This document shows, piece by piece, positions 19,997 through 30,447 of a stretch of DNA of 64,000 bases. The stretch lies in contig JAHFKK010000001.1 of NCBI GenBank assembly GCA_023245335.1, forward strand, positions 683,282 to 747,281, written 5' to 3'. Position 1 is the first letter of the stretch. Every line of letters begins with the position of its first letter. This stretch comes from Candidatus Gottesmanbacteria bacterium. GTDB taxonomy: Bacteria > Patescibacteriota > Microgenomatia > UBA10105 > UBA927. Below the pieces are notes generated by a model. It saw only the letters and a list, made by a program, of their open reading frames with translations, did no database searches and was not told where the DNA came from. Position numbers and translations under genes: made by a program.

Positions 19997-21412
19997 ATGA
20001 AGAAGACAACAGCAATCCATACACGCGCGCATCTGGTCGGCATCAAAGGCGTTGCCATGGCGGCACTTGCTGTGTACCTAACAGAATCTGGAGTTCGGGT
20101 GACTGGAAGTGATGTGCCGGATGAGTTTCCGACGGACGAAGAGCTGATGCGCCTCGGCGTACGGGTCGATGTGGGTTTTTCTCCCGCGCATATTGAAGGA
20201 AAAAACCGTCCGGATGTCGTGTACTATACCGGTGCGCACGGCGGACGGGATAATCCGGAAGTACAAGCGGCACTCGCCTCCGGGATACCCGCATTCCCGC
20301 ATGGTGAAGCATTGGGCGTGCTCATGAAGGGATCCCGACAGATTGTCGTTTCCGGCAGTCATGGCAAAACGACAACGAGCGCGATGATTGCGACCCTTCT
20401 GACTCACGCGAAACTCGATCCCTCCTATGCGATAGGATGCGGTACTATTTCCTCTCGTTTTGCCGCAGGACATAAGGGCGCCTCCGACTGGTTTGTCGCA
20501 GAGGGCGATGAATATATTACCGATCCCGGCAACGACAGAACGCCCCGTTTCATGTGGCTGACTCCGGAGATTTTGGTGGTAACAAACGTGGATTTTGACC
20601 ATCCCGACGCGTATCCTGACCTGCAAGCGGTACAGGACGCGTTTCTCGCGCTTCAAAAAAAGACAAAAGTGACGATTGTGAATGCCGATGACAAAAACAG
20701 CAGAGTGCTTCTGACGGGGAAAAACGTGTTGACCTATGGGTATTCGCCTGCGAGCGATTTCCGTATTACGCATGTGGGTGCCGGTCGTGAACGTATGTTT
20801 TTCCGCCTTGAGGAACGGGGCGTGTTTATCGCAGAGTTCACGATCAAAGTACCTGGGAATCATAATGTGTCAAATGCGGTAGCGGCGCTCGTCGCGGCGC
20901 ACACAGCAGGGGTGAGTTGGGAAGTGCTTCGTGAAGGATTGCTGGAGTTTACCGGTACCAAACGAAGATTTGAAAAACTGGGAGAGGCTCACGGCGTCAC
21001 GTTTTATGATGATTACGCCCATCACCCGGCGGAAGTGAGGGCAACGCTTGCAGCGGCACGGTTATGGTATCCCAAGACGAGAATTATCGCTGTATTTCAG
21101 CCGCACACGTATTCCCGTACGAAAGCGCTGCTTTCCGAATTTGCGCATGCATTTGGGGATGCTGACACCGTCATTTTGTCTGACATATACGCCTCAGCGC
21201 GGGAGCACGACACACTTGGGTTAGACGGAGCGACACTGGTCACGGAAACGGCGCGGTATCATACGCACGTTTTGTACGGAAAAGGCTATACTGAAGTGAA
21301 GCACCATCTCGACCATGAGGCGCATGCCGGCGACGTCGTGATCTTTATGGGGGCGGGCGATATATATGTGTGGGCAAAATCATTGAAGCATACGTATTCG
21401 GAAACGGTATAA
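19997..21412 (+). CDS. murC: UDP-N-acetylmuramate-L-alanine ligase
   Basis: GIKGVAM, GSHGKTTT, EGDE, DHPD, DDYAHHP, FQPHTYSRT, MGAGD. Confidence 0.92.
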   Translation: MKKTTAIHTRAHLVGIKGVAMAALAVYLTESGVRVTGSDVPDEFPTDEELMRLGVRVDVGFSPAHIEGKNRPDVVYYTGAHGGRDNPEVQAALASGIPAFPHGEALGVLMKGSRQIVVSGSHGKTTTSAMIATLLTHAKLDPSYAIGCGTISSRFAAGHKGASDWFVAEGDEYITDPGNDRTPRFMWLTPEILVVTNVDFDHPDAYPDLQAVQDAFLALQKKTKVTIVNADDKNSRVLLTGKNVLTYGYSPASDFRITHVGAGRERMFFRLEERGVFIAEFTIKVPGNHNVSNAVAALVAAHTAGVSWEVLREGLLEFTGTKRRFEKLGEAHGVTFYDDYAHHPAEVRATLAAARLWYPKTRIIAVFQPHTYSRTKALLSEFAHAFGDADTVILSDIYASAREHDTLGLDGATLVTETARYHTHVLYGKGYTEVKHHLDHEAHAGDVVIFMGAGDIYVWAKSLKHTYSETV

Positions 21413-21414
21413 AT

Positions 21415-22401
21415 ATGGCAACATCAAAATTTGCATCACTCAAAGAAGTTCTCGGTGATCGGTTAAAAACCGACGAACCACTTTCGCGATTCACGACCTT
21501 CAAGATCGGCGGACCCGCGGATTTTTTCTATGAGGCGAAAACGGCGGATGAACTCGCTCGGGCAGTGTCCCTCGGCCGGACGCTGAACCTCCCTGTTTTT
21601 ATCCTGGGCGGCGGATCAAATATTCTCATAGGCGATAAAGGTATACGGGGACTTGTGATACGGAATTTGAGTATGCATATCGGTATCAAAGGAGTGAAAG
21701 CAGTGACGCATTCGGGTGGAGAGCAGAGAAAACTCGTCTTTGTCGAGGCCGACGCCGGGGTACCGATCAATAAATTGGTGCGCTTCACCGTGGATGAAGG
21801 GTTATCCGGGCTTCATATGCATCTCGGATTGCCCGGATCGGTCGGCGGAGCGCTTTATATGAATTCCAAATGGACGCGTCCGGAAGGATACGTCGGGGAT
21901 GCGGTATACCAGGTCCGACTGGTGACCAAGGAAGGCGAAGACAGGATTGTCCCTCAGTCCTATTTTCATTTCGCCTACGATACGAGCGCGCTGCAGCGTA
22001 CCAAAGATGTGGTAATTTCCGTTGTTTTTGCGCTTAGCGCTGATGACCGGGACAGACTATGGAAGATCGCGACGGAAAGCATTATGTATCGGAGGGAAAC
22101 ACAACCGCAGGGAGTGCTTTCGGCCGGCTGCACGTTCCGCAACTTATCCCGTGCGGAGGCGCTCACCCTGGGTACGCCAAACTTGACGACATCCGCCGGA
22201 TATCTTGTTGATCACGCAGGGCTGAAGGGTGCCTCCGAGGGAGACGCGTACATATCACCGGTGCATGCCAACTTCATCATCAATCGAGGCAAAGCGAAGG
22301 CGGAAGACGTGGTAAAATTAATTGAACTGGCCCGATCACAGGTGTTGAAGCAATTCGGTGTCCGGTTAACAGAAGAAATAGAGCGGGTTGGAGAATTTTA
22401 A
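21415..22401 (+). CDS. murB: UDP-N-acetylenolpyruvoylglucosamine reductase
   Basis: TTFKIGGPA, GGGSN, PGSVGGA..MN, SAGC.F.N, HANF. Confidence 0.92.
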   Translation: MATSKFASLKEVLGDRLKTDEPLSRFTTFKIGGPADFFYEAKTADELARAVSLGRTLNLPVFILGGGSNILIGDKGIRGLVIRNLSMHIGIKGVKAVTHSGGEQRKLVFVEADAGVPINKLVRFTVDEGLSGLHMHLGLPGSVGGALYMNSKWTRPEGYVGDAVYQVRLVTKEGEDRIVPQSYFHFAYDTSALQRTKDVVISVVFALSADDRDRLWKIATESIMYRRETQPQGVLSAGCTFRNLSRAEALTLGTPNLTTSAGYLVDHAGLKGASEGDAYISPVHANFIINRGKAKAEDVVKLIELARSQVLKQFGVRLTEEIERVGEF

Positions 22402-22403
22402 CT

Positions 22404-23747
22404 ATGGAGACATTTATCATAAACGGCGGTAAACCAATACATGGCACGGTGACGATCGGTGGCGCAAAAAACGTCGCGCTCAAGATCCTTATCGCATCCC
22501 TCCTTACTGATGAAGAGATTATTATTCATAACGTGCCGCATTTGAGGGACGTGTTGTCCCTTATTGATGTACTCAAGAGTCTCGGTGTCCGAGCGTCTAT
22601 GGATGAGCATACCGTTCGGATACGGAATGGTACTCCTCCTCGGGATTTCACTGTGCCTTTGGACATCGGAGCCCGGCTCCGTACGTCCTCGATGGTTTTA
22701 GGGCCGCTCCTCGCGCGGTACGGCAAAGGTAACGTGCCCAATCCCGGCGGTTGCCGGCTGGGAGCACGGCCGATTGATCGTCATATAGACGGACTCCGCG
22801 CTATGGGAGCAAGCATAGAATACAACTCGGAGGACGGGTTTTTCCATGCGACGGCAGACAAGCTTCACGGCGCGCGCGTCAGTTTTGCGAAGAATACGCA
22901 TACCGGGACGGAGTCGATCATCCTAGCCGCGGTTTTGGCCGAAGGGCAGACGGTCATAGAAAATGCGGCGGCGGAAGTCGAGGTCGACGATCTTATATCA
23001 TGCCTGACGCGTATGGGCGCCTTCATCAGCCGAAAAGACTCCCGGACGATCATTGTGGAGGGTGTCCCGAAGCTTCATGGCGTTGAGTATACGATTATGC
23101 CCGATCGGAACGAAGAGGTGACATTTGCCATAGCGGCGGCCATGACGGGCGGAAACATAATTGTCGAAGGCTCACAACTTCAGTATCTGGATGCATTTCT
23201 GAAGCCGTTTGAAGATGCCGGGGGGGTATACGAAAAAATTGATGGCACACACACGCGGTATACCAAAGACGGTGACATACGGCCGACCGACATAGTGACC
23301 GCCCCGTACCCGGGCTTTATGACGGATTGGCAAGCGCCCTGGGCGGTTTTTATGACACAGGCGGGAGGCAGCTCGATAATTCATGAAAGCGTATTTGAAA
23401 GCCGGTTTTCATACGTTTCCGAGCTTAGGAAAATGGGAGCACATATAGACTTTTTCGATCCTCCGGTCGCTAACCCCGAAGTGTTTTATAATTTTAATTG
23501 GGCGGACCGCAAGGAAGGATATCATCAGGGTATTCGCATTCACGGACCGACAAAACTTCATAACGCGGTTCTCTCCGTCGATGACATCCGTGCCGGGGCG
23601 TCGCTCGTTCTCGCGGCTCTCATGGCCGAAGGCGACAATTACCTCCACGGAGTGGAACTTATTGATCGCGGTTATGAATGCATAGAAGAACGCCTGACCG
23701 GACTTGGAGCGAGTATTAAACGTCAGCACGAGGAGGATGAAGTATGA
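22404..23747 (+). CDS. murA: UDP-N-acetylglucosamine 1-carboxyvinyltransferase
   Basis: GAKN, PGGCRLGARP, PYPGF.TD, DIRAG, IDRGY. Confidence 0.95.
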   Translation: METFIINGGKPIHGTVTIGGAKNVALKILIASLLTDEEIIIHNVPHLRDVLSLIDVLKSLGVRASMDEHTVRIRNGTPPRDFTVPLDIGARLRTSSMVLGPLLARYGKGNVPNPGGCRLGARPIDRHIDGLRAMGASIEYNSEDGFFHATADKLHGARVSFAKNTHTGTESIILAAVLAEGQTVIENAAAEVEVDDLISCLTRMGAFISRKDSRTIIVEGVPKLHGVEYTIMPDRNEEVTFAIAAAMTGGNIIVEGSQLQYLDAFLKPFEDAGGVYEKIDGTHTRYTKDGDIRPTDIVTAPYPGFMTDWQAPWAVFMTQAGGSSIIHESVFESRFSYVSELRKMGAHIDFFDPPVANPEVFYNFNWADRKEGYHQGIRIHGPTKLHNAVLSVDDIRAGASLVLAALMAEGDNYLHGVELIDRGYECIEERLTGLGASIKRQHEEDEV

Positions 23748-25057
23748 AAAAAGATATCGTGGCAGTCGTCCTCGCCGCCGGGAACGGCAAACGGTTTTGG
23801 CCGTTTACCGGAGACAAAAATCTGTGGCCGGTTTTGGGGAAGACGTATTTCGATTTCACGATAGCCGAAACAATGCCGAAGGAGGTAAGCGAAGTTATTC
23901 TCGTCGCAAATGCCAAAAATCAAAAACAGTTAGCGGCGACCAAGCTCGGTGTACCGCACAGTGTCATTGTCCAAAAAGAAGGCGACGGCATGGCTGACGC
24001 GATTATGGCCGCGAAGGATCGCATACGCGGAAAACAGATTCTGGTAGTTATCGCAGATGATCTTTCGGATAAAAATATTTTCCGTTCGGTACTCGCCCGC
24101 GCGGATAAAGGCCATTTTGGTGTTATGACAGTCTATCATACGCACAGGCATCTTGCCGGCGGATACATCAAATTCCAGGGAGAGCGGCCTATCGGTATTG
24201 TCGAAAAGCCTCCTCTCGGGAAAGAACCGAGTGAGTTTGCTTATTTCGGGGGACAGTATATTCAGGATGCGGACGCTCTTTTAGATGCGTTTTCCTCCGT
24301 CAAAACTGATTGCGATGACGTGTATGAATATGCGCTTACCGCACTCATGCAATCTCATGACTTCGTCGTTTTGCCCCAGGAAGAACCGTATGTTTCACTA
24401 AAATATCCCTGGCACGTTCTGGACGTCACAGATTACACGTTGCATAACCGTCTGATTCCAGGTCAAGGGAAGCATGTGGAGATTCATAACAACGTTGTGA
24501 TTGAGGGATCGGTATATTTGGGTAACAACGTACGCATATTTGAGAATACGAAAATTGTCGGACCGGTCTATATCGGGGACAACACCATTGTCGGAAATAA
24601 TAATATGATCAGGGAGTCATATATCGGCCAGGATTGCGTCACCGGATTTAATACCGATATCACCCGTTCGTATATCGGAAACGAATGTTGGTTTCATAGT
24701 AACTACGTCGGCGACAGCGTTCTTGAAGGAAACATCAGTATGGGATCGGGGTCGGTTCTTGCAAATCTCCGGTTGGACGAAGGGGAGATCTCCTCGGTTG
24801 TACGGGGCGAAAAATTCAATACCGGGCGGACGAAGCTTGGATCTATGATTGGCGCACATGTCAGAATCGGCGTCAACGTCAGTATCATGCCCGGCGTCAA
24901 AGTCGGCAGCGGCACGATGATCGGAGCCGGCGTCGTATTGGATAAAGATGTACCGGAAGATTCGTTTTGTGTGGCCAAAAGCGGATATGAGGTGAAGAAA
25001 AATACGATGCCCGTGGCCCCGCCGACGGGAAGGGCGGACTACCGGTCCAAGCTATAA
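23744..25057 (+). CDS. Bifunctional sugar-1-phosphate nucleotidyltransferase/acetyltransferase (GlmU-like)
   Basis: LAAGNGKRF.P, EKP, YPWH, hexapeptide repeats, YVGDS, ANLR, KLG. Confidence 0.8.
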   Translation: MKKDIVAVVLAAGNGKRFWPFTGDKNLWPVLGKTYFDFTIAETMPKEVSEVILVANAKNQKQLAATKLGVPHSVIVQKEGDGMADAIMAAKDRIRGKQILVVIADDLSDKNIFRSVLARADKGHFGVMTVYHTHRHLAGGYIKFQGERPIGIVEKPPLGKEPSEFAYFGGQYIQDADALLDAFSSVKTDCDDVYEYALTALMQSHDFVVLPQEEPYVSLKYPWHVLDVTDYTLHNRLIPGQGKHVEIHNNVVIEGSVYLGNNVRIFENTKIVGPVYIGDNTIVGNNNMIRESYIGQDCVTGFNTDITRSYIGNECWFHSNYVGDSVLEGNISMGSGSVLANLRLDEGEISSVVRGEKFNTGRTKLGSMIGAHVRIGVNVSIMPGVKVGSGTMIGAGVVLDKDVPEDSFCVAKSGYEVKKNTMPVAPPTGRADYRSKL

Positions 25058-25062
25058 CGTCT

Positions 25063-25785
25063 ATGAATTCTCAGGATCTCATCATTTTGCATGGGTGGAA
25101 TCTATCCGGATCGCGTTTCGCACCGCTTGCGGATGTGTTTCGAGCAAAAGGATATCGGGTATTTACGCCTGACCTTCCCGGATTCGGGGAGGAACCGGTT
25201 CCAAAGCGACCGTGGCATGTCGTAGACTACGCGGAATTCGTGAAACACTATGTCGATCGCGAGCATATAAAAAATCCGGTTTTTATCGGCCATTCCTTCG
25301 GCGGACGCGTGACGCTTAAATATGTTCAACTTTATCCGGCGGATGTTCGGGCGATCATTCTTTCCGGCACGCCCGGATTCAGCCCCATACCTAAAAAAAA
25401 GATGTTTCTTTTTTGGGTGATTGCCAAGGTGGGAGGATTCATTTTTTCCCTACCGCCTCTTAGCCTTCTCGCCGACTGGGCACGTCGTTGGCTGTATTAC
25501 GTCGCTGGCGCGCGGGAATTTCTTCGTGCAGAGGGCCCGATGCGTGAGACATTTAAACACGTCGTTCAGGACAATCTCGTGAGCGCTATGGAATCAGTGC
25601 ATGTACCCTGTCTTTTGTTGTGGGGAGAGTATGACGTTATCGTGCCGGTTGCGATCGGGAGAAGAATGCAGGAAGTAATTTCTGGCGCGGTCCTCAACAT
25701 CATCCCCGAGGTCGATCATGGTGTTCCGTTTAAGGAGCCCGAAGTTTTTGCGGGCTATGTAGAGCAATTTTTACCGAAGACATGA
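25063..25785 (+). CDS. Alpha/beta hydrolase
   Basis: LHGW, DLPGFG, GHSFGG, WGEYD, His near C-terminus. Confidence 0.85.
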   Translation: MNSQDLIILHGWNLSGSRFAPLADVFRAKGYRVFTPDLPGFGEEPVPKRPWHVVDYAEFVKHYVDREHIKNPVFIGHSFGGRVTLKYVQLYPADVRAIILSGTPGFSPIPKKKMFLFWVIAKVGGFIFSLPPLSLLADWARRWLYYVAGAREFLRAEGPMRETFKHVVQDNLVSAMESVHVPCLLLWGEYDVIVPVAIGRRMQEVISGAVLNIIPEVDHGVPFKEPEVFAGYVEQFLPKT

Positions 25786-27251
25786 TGACCACCGTTATTT
25801 TATTTTTTTCTGTTCTGTGGATCGTGCGCATCATCGGTAATGCGATGAGTTTTTCCCATCTGTGGTGGGTCAAGGAATATCGTTGGGACAGGATGATCAT
25901 TCACCTCAAAACACCACAAGGGAAATTCGTGTATTTGCTTCCGTGGAAGCGGCCGCGCCTGTCCCCCAAGTCTGTGCTTCTTACCGGGATGTTGCTCGTC
26001 GCTCTCGGCGTGATCGTATATTTTTCTTCATTGCCGCCGCTTCTTTCTCTCCTGGTCGCCGACATCGTGAGTTTTCCGTTGACGTTTCTCATTGTAGGAA
26101 TGTTGAATGTGCCCGTGAAGCTGTATCATGACACGGTCATACACCGCGCAGAACACCTCCTTCGGTCCCACAAAAGTCTCACGGTTATCGGCATAACCGG
26201 AAGTTACGGAAAAACATCAACTAAGGAGTATTTGGCGACCCTTTTGTCTTCAAAATATGCGACGCTAAAAACAGAAGCAAGTAAGAATGCGCCTATAGGG
26301 ATTTCCGAAGTGGTGGTGTCGTCACTCCGTCCTGACCACAAAGTGTTTGTCGTAGAAATGGGTGCCTATAAAAAAGGCGAGATCGCCTATATGTCCAGTC
26401 TTGTGCGTCCCGAGATCGCGATCGTGACCGCTATAAATGCCCAGCATCAGGATTTATTCGGATCCATCGATAACACAATGCGCGCGAAGTATGAACTGGT
26501 TGCAGGCCTTACCGGTAAACGCATTGCGATATGCAATGCTGATGATCCTCGCGTGCGCACTATGGGTGAATGGGCGAAGAGGGACGGGGTCACCGTATGG
26601 TGGTATGGGAAAAACGATGCCCTGCCCAGAGGATCAAAAACCTTTTATGCGGCGGATATCCGAACGGACGCTCAAGGCGTACGTTTTTCGTGTGTTAGCG
26701 GAAAATTCAGCGCCTTCGTACGGGCAGAGGTGATCGGTGAGCACCAGGTAAGCAATCTTTTGGCCGCGATAGCAGGAAGCGTCGCTGTCGGAATGTCGCT
26801 TGATGCCGCTGCGAAAGCCGCCACAGCGATCCTACCTGTCAGTCACATGCTACAAGCACGCAAAGGCCCTCATGGGGTGACGTTCATCGATGATACGTTT
26901 AATAATAATCCTGATGCGGCAAAAGCAGCGCTTGACGTTCTTTCCAAACAGTCCGGGAAGAAGATTCTTGTTTTTCAACCAATGATAGAACTCGGAACAT
27001 TTGCACAGTCGAGTCATTATGACGTTGGCGCATACGCAGGAAAAATATGCGACGCTATCATTCTCACCAACGACAACTGGAAGTCGGATTTTATCGGCGG
27101 AGTCCGGTCTGTGAATCCGAACATACCCGTGTCGGTATTGTCCGCAAAGTCAGCTGCTACCTATATCAACGAACACACCATGAGCGGTGACACGGTCCTT
27201 TTCAAAAGCAAAGAAGCGGCGCTTGTCATGCGCCGGCTATTACCGGTATGA
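25782..27251 (+). CDS. murF: MurF-type ligase with N-terminal TM region
   Basis: GITGSYGKTSTKE, EMGA, DDTFN.NP, MIELG. Confidence 0.8.
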   Translation: MMTTVILFFSVLWIVRIIGNAMSFSHLWWVKEYRWDRMIIHLKTPQGKFVYLLPWKRPRLSPKSVLLTGMLLVALGVIVYFSSLPPLLSLLVADIVSFPLTFLIVGMLNVPVKLYHDTVIHRAEHLLRSHKSLTVIGITGSYGKTSTKEYLATLLSSKYATLKTEASKNAPIGISEVVVSSLRPDHKVFVVEMGAYKKGEIAYMSSLVRPEIAIVTAINAQHQDLFGSIDNTMRAKYELVAGLTGKRIAICNADDPRVRTMGEWAKRDGVTVWWYGKNDALPRGSKTFYAADIRTDAQGVRFSCVSGKFSAFVRAEVIGEHQVSNLLAAIAGSVAVGMSLDAAAKAATAILPVSHMLQARKGPHGVTFIDDTFNNNPDAAKAALDVLSKQSGKKILVFQPMIELGTFAQSSHYDVGAYAGKICDAIILTNDNWKSDFIGGVRSVNPNIPVSVLSAKSAATYINEHTMSGDTVLFKSKEAALVMRRLLPV

Positions 27252-28483
27252 ACTATTGGTTTCGTCGTATCATCAGTGCGTCGCTTTCTCCGAATACTCG
27301 GGCCGAAGACGGGTGGACCGCGCTCCGCGTGCTTTGCACGCCGTGGACATGGAAACACGGTACGTCCGTTGAAGCCGCGGCCAATTGGTTTCAGTACCAG
27401 TATGGTATTCACGACGTCGTTTTTTTCCAGAGTGGGAGAGTGGCGCTCTACGAGATACTCAAATCTCTTAGTATTGGAGAGGGTGATGAGGTTCTCGTTC
27501 AGGCGTTTACGTGCGTGGCAGTCCCTAATAGTGTTTTGTGGGTACGGGCAAAGCCCGTATATGTCGACATCGATGAGAGCCTGAATATGGACCCCGAAGA
27601 TATAGCGAAAAAAATTACTCCGCGTACGAAAGCTCTTATCGTTCAGCATACGCTCGGGACGCCGGCTGACATGAAGGCCATTATGGGTATCGCCAAAAAG
27701 CATAAGCTTTTGGTTATAGAGGATTGCGCGCACGCAATAGGGGCGACATATGACGGGAAAAAGCTTGGTACACTCGGCGATGCTGCATTTTTCAGTTTCG
27801 GCAGGGATAAAGCGGTATCAAGCGTTTGGGGCGGGGCCGCAACAGTAAATGGTTCATTTCGAGAAAGAACGGCCGGGAAACTTCTCAAGCGCGCTTCTCA
27901 AACGCTTCCGCAACCGGGGTACTTCTGGATTTTCCAGCAAGTGCTTCACCCGATCGCATTTACGGTCATTCTGCCGCTCTATAACAGTGGCATCGGTAAA
28001 GCCTTGCTCCTTTCCCTGCAGCGCGTAGGGCTCCTTTCCAAACCGGTTGCTCCAGTCGAGCTTCATGGCGGCGTACCGGATGGATGCATGACGCAGTATC
28101 CCAACGGGTTAGCACAACTTCTCATAGTCCAGCTCCGAAAATTGCCGGAGATGATCCGCATCCGAAAGGAGTCGGCAGAGTATTATGCCAAACATCTGCC
28201 AACGAGCCTTGTGCGTACTCAACGTAAAATAGGCGCTTCATATCTCCGGTATGCTGTTTTAGCAGATGAGCCGCTTGACTACCGGAAGCGTGCCAAGAAA
28301 CACGGAGTTCTTTTGGGAAACTGGTACCATAACGTCATCGATCCGAAACACACGGATATGCCTGCCGTAGGATATGTAGCCGGCAGTTGTCCGCGAGCGG
28401 AGTCAGTCGCATCCCGCATACTCAATCTTCCGACACTTTTGTCAGACACGGATAGGGCGACGGTTGTTGAAATAGTGAGGTAA
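27248..28483 (+). CDS. DegT/DnrJ/EryC1/StrS PLP-dependent aminotransferase
   Basis: SGR.AL, FTC.AV, IEDCAH, FSFGRDK, NLP. Confidence 0.85.
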   Translation: MNYWFRRIISASLSPNTRAEDGWTALRVLCTPWTWKHGTSVEAAANWFQYQYGIHDVVFFQSGRVALYEILKSLSIGEGDEVLVQAFTCVAVPNSVLWVRAKPVYVDIDESLNMDPEDIAKKITPRTKALIVQHTLGTPADMKAIMGIAKKHKLLVIEDCAHAIGATYDGKKLGTLGDAAFFSFGRDKAVSSVWGGAATVNGSFRERTAGKLLKRASQTLPQPGYFWIFQQVLHPIAFTVILPLYNSGIGKALLLSLQRVGLLSKPVAPVELHGGVPDGCMTQYPNGLAQLLIVQLRKLPEMIRIRKESAEYYAKHLPTSLVRTQRKIGASYLRYAVLADEPLDYRKRAKKHGVLLGNWYHNVIDPKHTDMPAVGYVAGSCPRAESVASRILNLPTLLSDTDRATVVEIVR

Positions 28484-28493
28484 AATACTACGT

Positions 28494-29462
28494 ATGCATT
28501 TCAATTGGATTGACTGGATTATTTCTGTCATTTTGGTTTACTCACTGGTTGATGGCTGGCAGCGCGGATTTATTTCCCTAGTCGCTAACCTTATTTCATT
28601 TTTAGGCTCCTTATGGTTTGCTGTGCGCTACCATATGGTCGTCGGAAATTTTTTTGCAATGAAATTTGGTTTGACCATGACCTGGTCTGAGGTAGTGGGT
28701 TATTTGGGGGTCGCGATCGTCAGTCAATTGTGCATAGAACTTGTGTGTGCCGGACTTATTGATTTCGTTCCGGCCAAAGTCCATACGTCTAAAATAAACA
28801 GTTGGTTGGGTAGTATAGTGTCTTTACTCAATACGCTTATCGTTACGGCTTTTATTTTGCTTCTTATTATGGCGCTACCGCTCCGGGGCACAGTCAAGCC
28901 GGATGTTCGTGCTTCTCTTATCGGCAACGAACTTATCATTCTCGCACAGCGGTATGGCGGGCAGGCAACTTCCTCCGTTTCTGATATCGCGAAAAACGCG
29001 ACAAAATTTTTGACCATAGAGCCGGGAAGCCAGGAGAGTATCCCTTTGGATATCCCGCCGCAGAGCGCAAATCTCGCGATAGACGTGGCGGCGGAACAAG
29101 CAATGGTGACTCTCGTGAATAAGGAGCGGACATCAAGCGGGATCGCCGCGGTTGCTGTAGATGCGGCGATCACCAAAACCGCCGAAGCAAAAAGCCGTGA
29201 TATGTTTGTCCGTAGGTATTTTTCGCACTATGACCCCGACGGGAAGAACGCCGCCGACCACCTGACTGCCGCCGGTATTTCCTACACGATCGTCGGGGAG
29301 AACATCGCGTACGCGCCGGATGTCACGACGGCTCATCAGGGATTTATGAATAGTTCGGGTCACCGGGCAAATATTTTGGACCCGCGGTTTCATAGGATAG
29401 GCATCGGGGTCATAGACAACGGGATTTATGGAAAGATGTTCACGCAGGAATTCACCGATTAA
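28494..29462 (+). CDS. CvpA (colicin V production) domain fused to a CAP/SCP domain
   Basis: NWIDW...G.RGF TM domain; NKER, YFSH, GENIA, MNS.GHR.NIL. Confidence 0.85.
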   Translation: MHFNWIDWIISVILVYSLVDGWQRGFISLVANLISFLGSLWFAVRYHMVVGNFFAMKFGLTMTWSEVVGYLGVAIVSQLCIELVCAGLIDFVPAKVHTSKINSWLGSIVSLLNTLIVTAFILLLIMALPLRGTVKPDVRASLIGNELIILAQRYGGQATSSVSDIAKNATKFLTIEPGSQESIPLDIPPQSANLAIDVAAEQAMVTLVNKERTSSGIAAVAVDAAITKTAEAKSRDMFVRRYFSHYDPDGKNAADHLTAAGISYTIVGENIAYAPDVTTAHQGFMNSSGHRANILDPRFHRIGIGVIDNGIYGKMFTQEFTD

Positions 29463-29467
29463 CCGCT

Positions 29468-30097
29468 ATGCTCAAGATTCAGACGCTTCGTGTGGGAGAG
29501 CTTGCGACCAATTGCTATTTTGTTACAGACCCGATAACGCATGAGACCCTCGTCGTCGATCCCGCTGACGCGCCGGAATATATCAGTGATGTGTTAGAGC
29601 GGGAGTCACTTACTCCCATCGGTATCGTCGCGACGCACGGTCACTTCGACCACATACTCGGTGTGTTTGGTCTGGAGGTTATGTACAACATACCGTTCTA
29701 TCTACACCCCGATGATCTGTTTTTGGTCCGGCGGATGCAGGAGTCCGCGCGACACTTTCTGAAACGCAACAACATTGATCCCGCTCCTCGTATCACAAAT
29801 AACCTTGCGGAGGGTGCGGTCATAGAAATCGGCAAGGAGTCAGTGCGTATCCTCCATACTCCCGGACACACGCCCGGCTCTGTCGTCATACATATTCCGG
29901 CCGCATCGGCTTCCTTAGTCGGCGATTCGCTCTTTGCGGACGGCAGTGTCGGAAGAACGGATACCTCATATGGGGATAGTAAAGGGCTGACGCATGCGAT
30001 CGCGCGTATCGTTCAAACGCCGGGGGTGAAGATGCTGTATGCGGGTCACGGGGAACCGCTGTCCATCGATCGCGCAAAAGTCATGTTCAGCGTATAA
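29468..30097 (+). CDS. MBL-fold metallo-hydrolase (glyoxalase II-like)
   Basis: THGHFDH, TPGHTPG, GD.LF, GHG. Confidence 0.9.
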   Translation: MLKIQTLRVGELATNCYFVTDPITHETLVVDPADAPEYISDVLERESLTPIGIVATHGHFDHILGVFGLEVMYNIPFYLHPDDLFLVRRMQESARHFLKRNNIDPAPRITNNLAEGAVIEIGKESVRILHTPGHTPGSVVIHIPAASASLVGDSLFADGSVGRTDTSYGDSKGLTHAIARIVQTPGVKMLYAGHGEPLSIDRAKVMFSV

Positions 30098-30104
30098 TAG
30101 TGTC

Positions 30105-30443
30105 ATGCTGGTCTGGATTGCACGCTGGTTTTTGAATGCGCTCGCTCTTTACCTTGTCTCCTTGATCGTGCCGGGGATTCATATTTTGAACTTCACGTCG
30201 GCTCTCGTGGGCGTTATCCTTATTGGTTTGGTAAATACGCTTCTGAAACCGATACTTTTTTTACTGACCTTGCCGATTACGATTATGACACTTGGGATTT
30301 TTAGTCTTATACTCAACGCCCTTCTGCTGCTTCTGGCCGGGTCCTTGATTTACGGATTCAGGGTAGAAGGTTTTGGCGCAGCATTTATCGGTTCTATCTT
30401 GTTTTCTATCGTTTCAATGATATTTCATGCACTCGTCAGATAA
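30105..30443 (+). CDS. YvlD/phage holin family 4 membrane protein
   Basis: N.LLKPIL.LLTLP...TLG.F...NA. Confidence 0.8.
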   Translation: MLVWIARWFLNALALYLVSLIVPGIHILNFTSALVGVILIGLVNTLLKPILFLLTLPITIMTLGIFSLILNALLLLLAGSLIYGFRVEGFGAAFIGSILFSIVSMIFHALVR

Positions 30444-30447
30444 CCAT

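Noticed and set aside
30105-30443. Holin-like gene as evidence of a prophage
   Set aside because: YvlD-type membrane proteins are commonly chromosomal, and no phage genes are nearby
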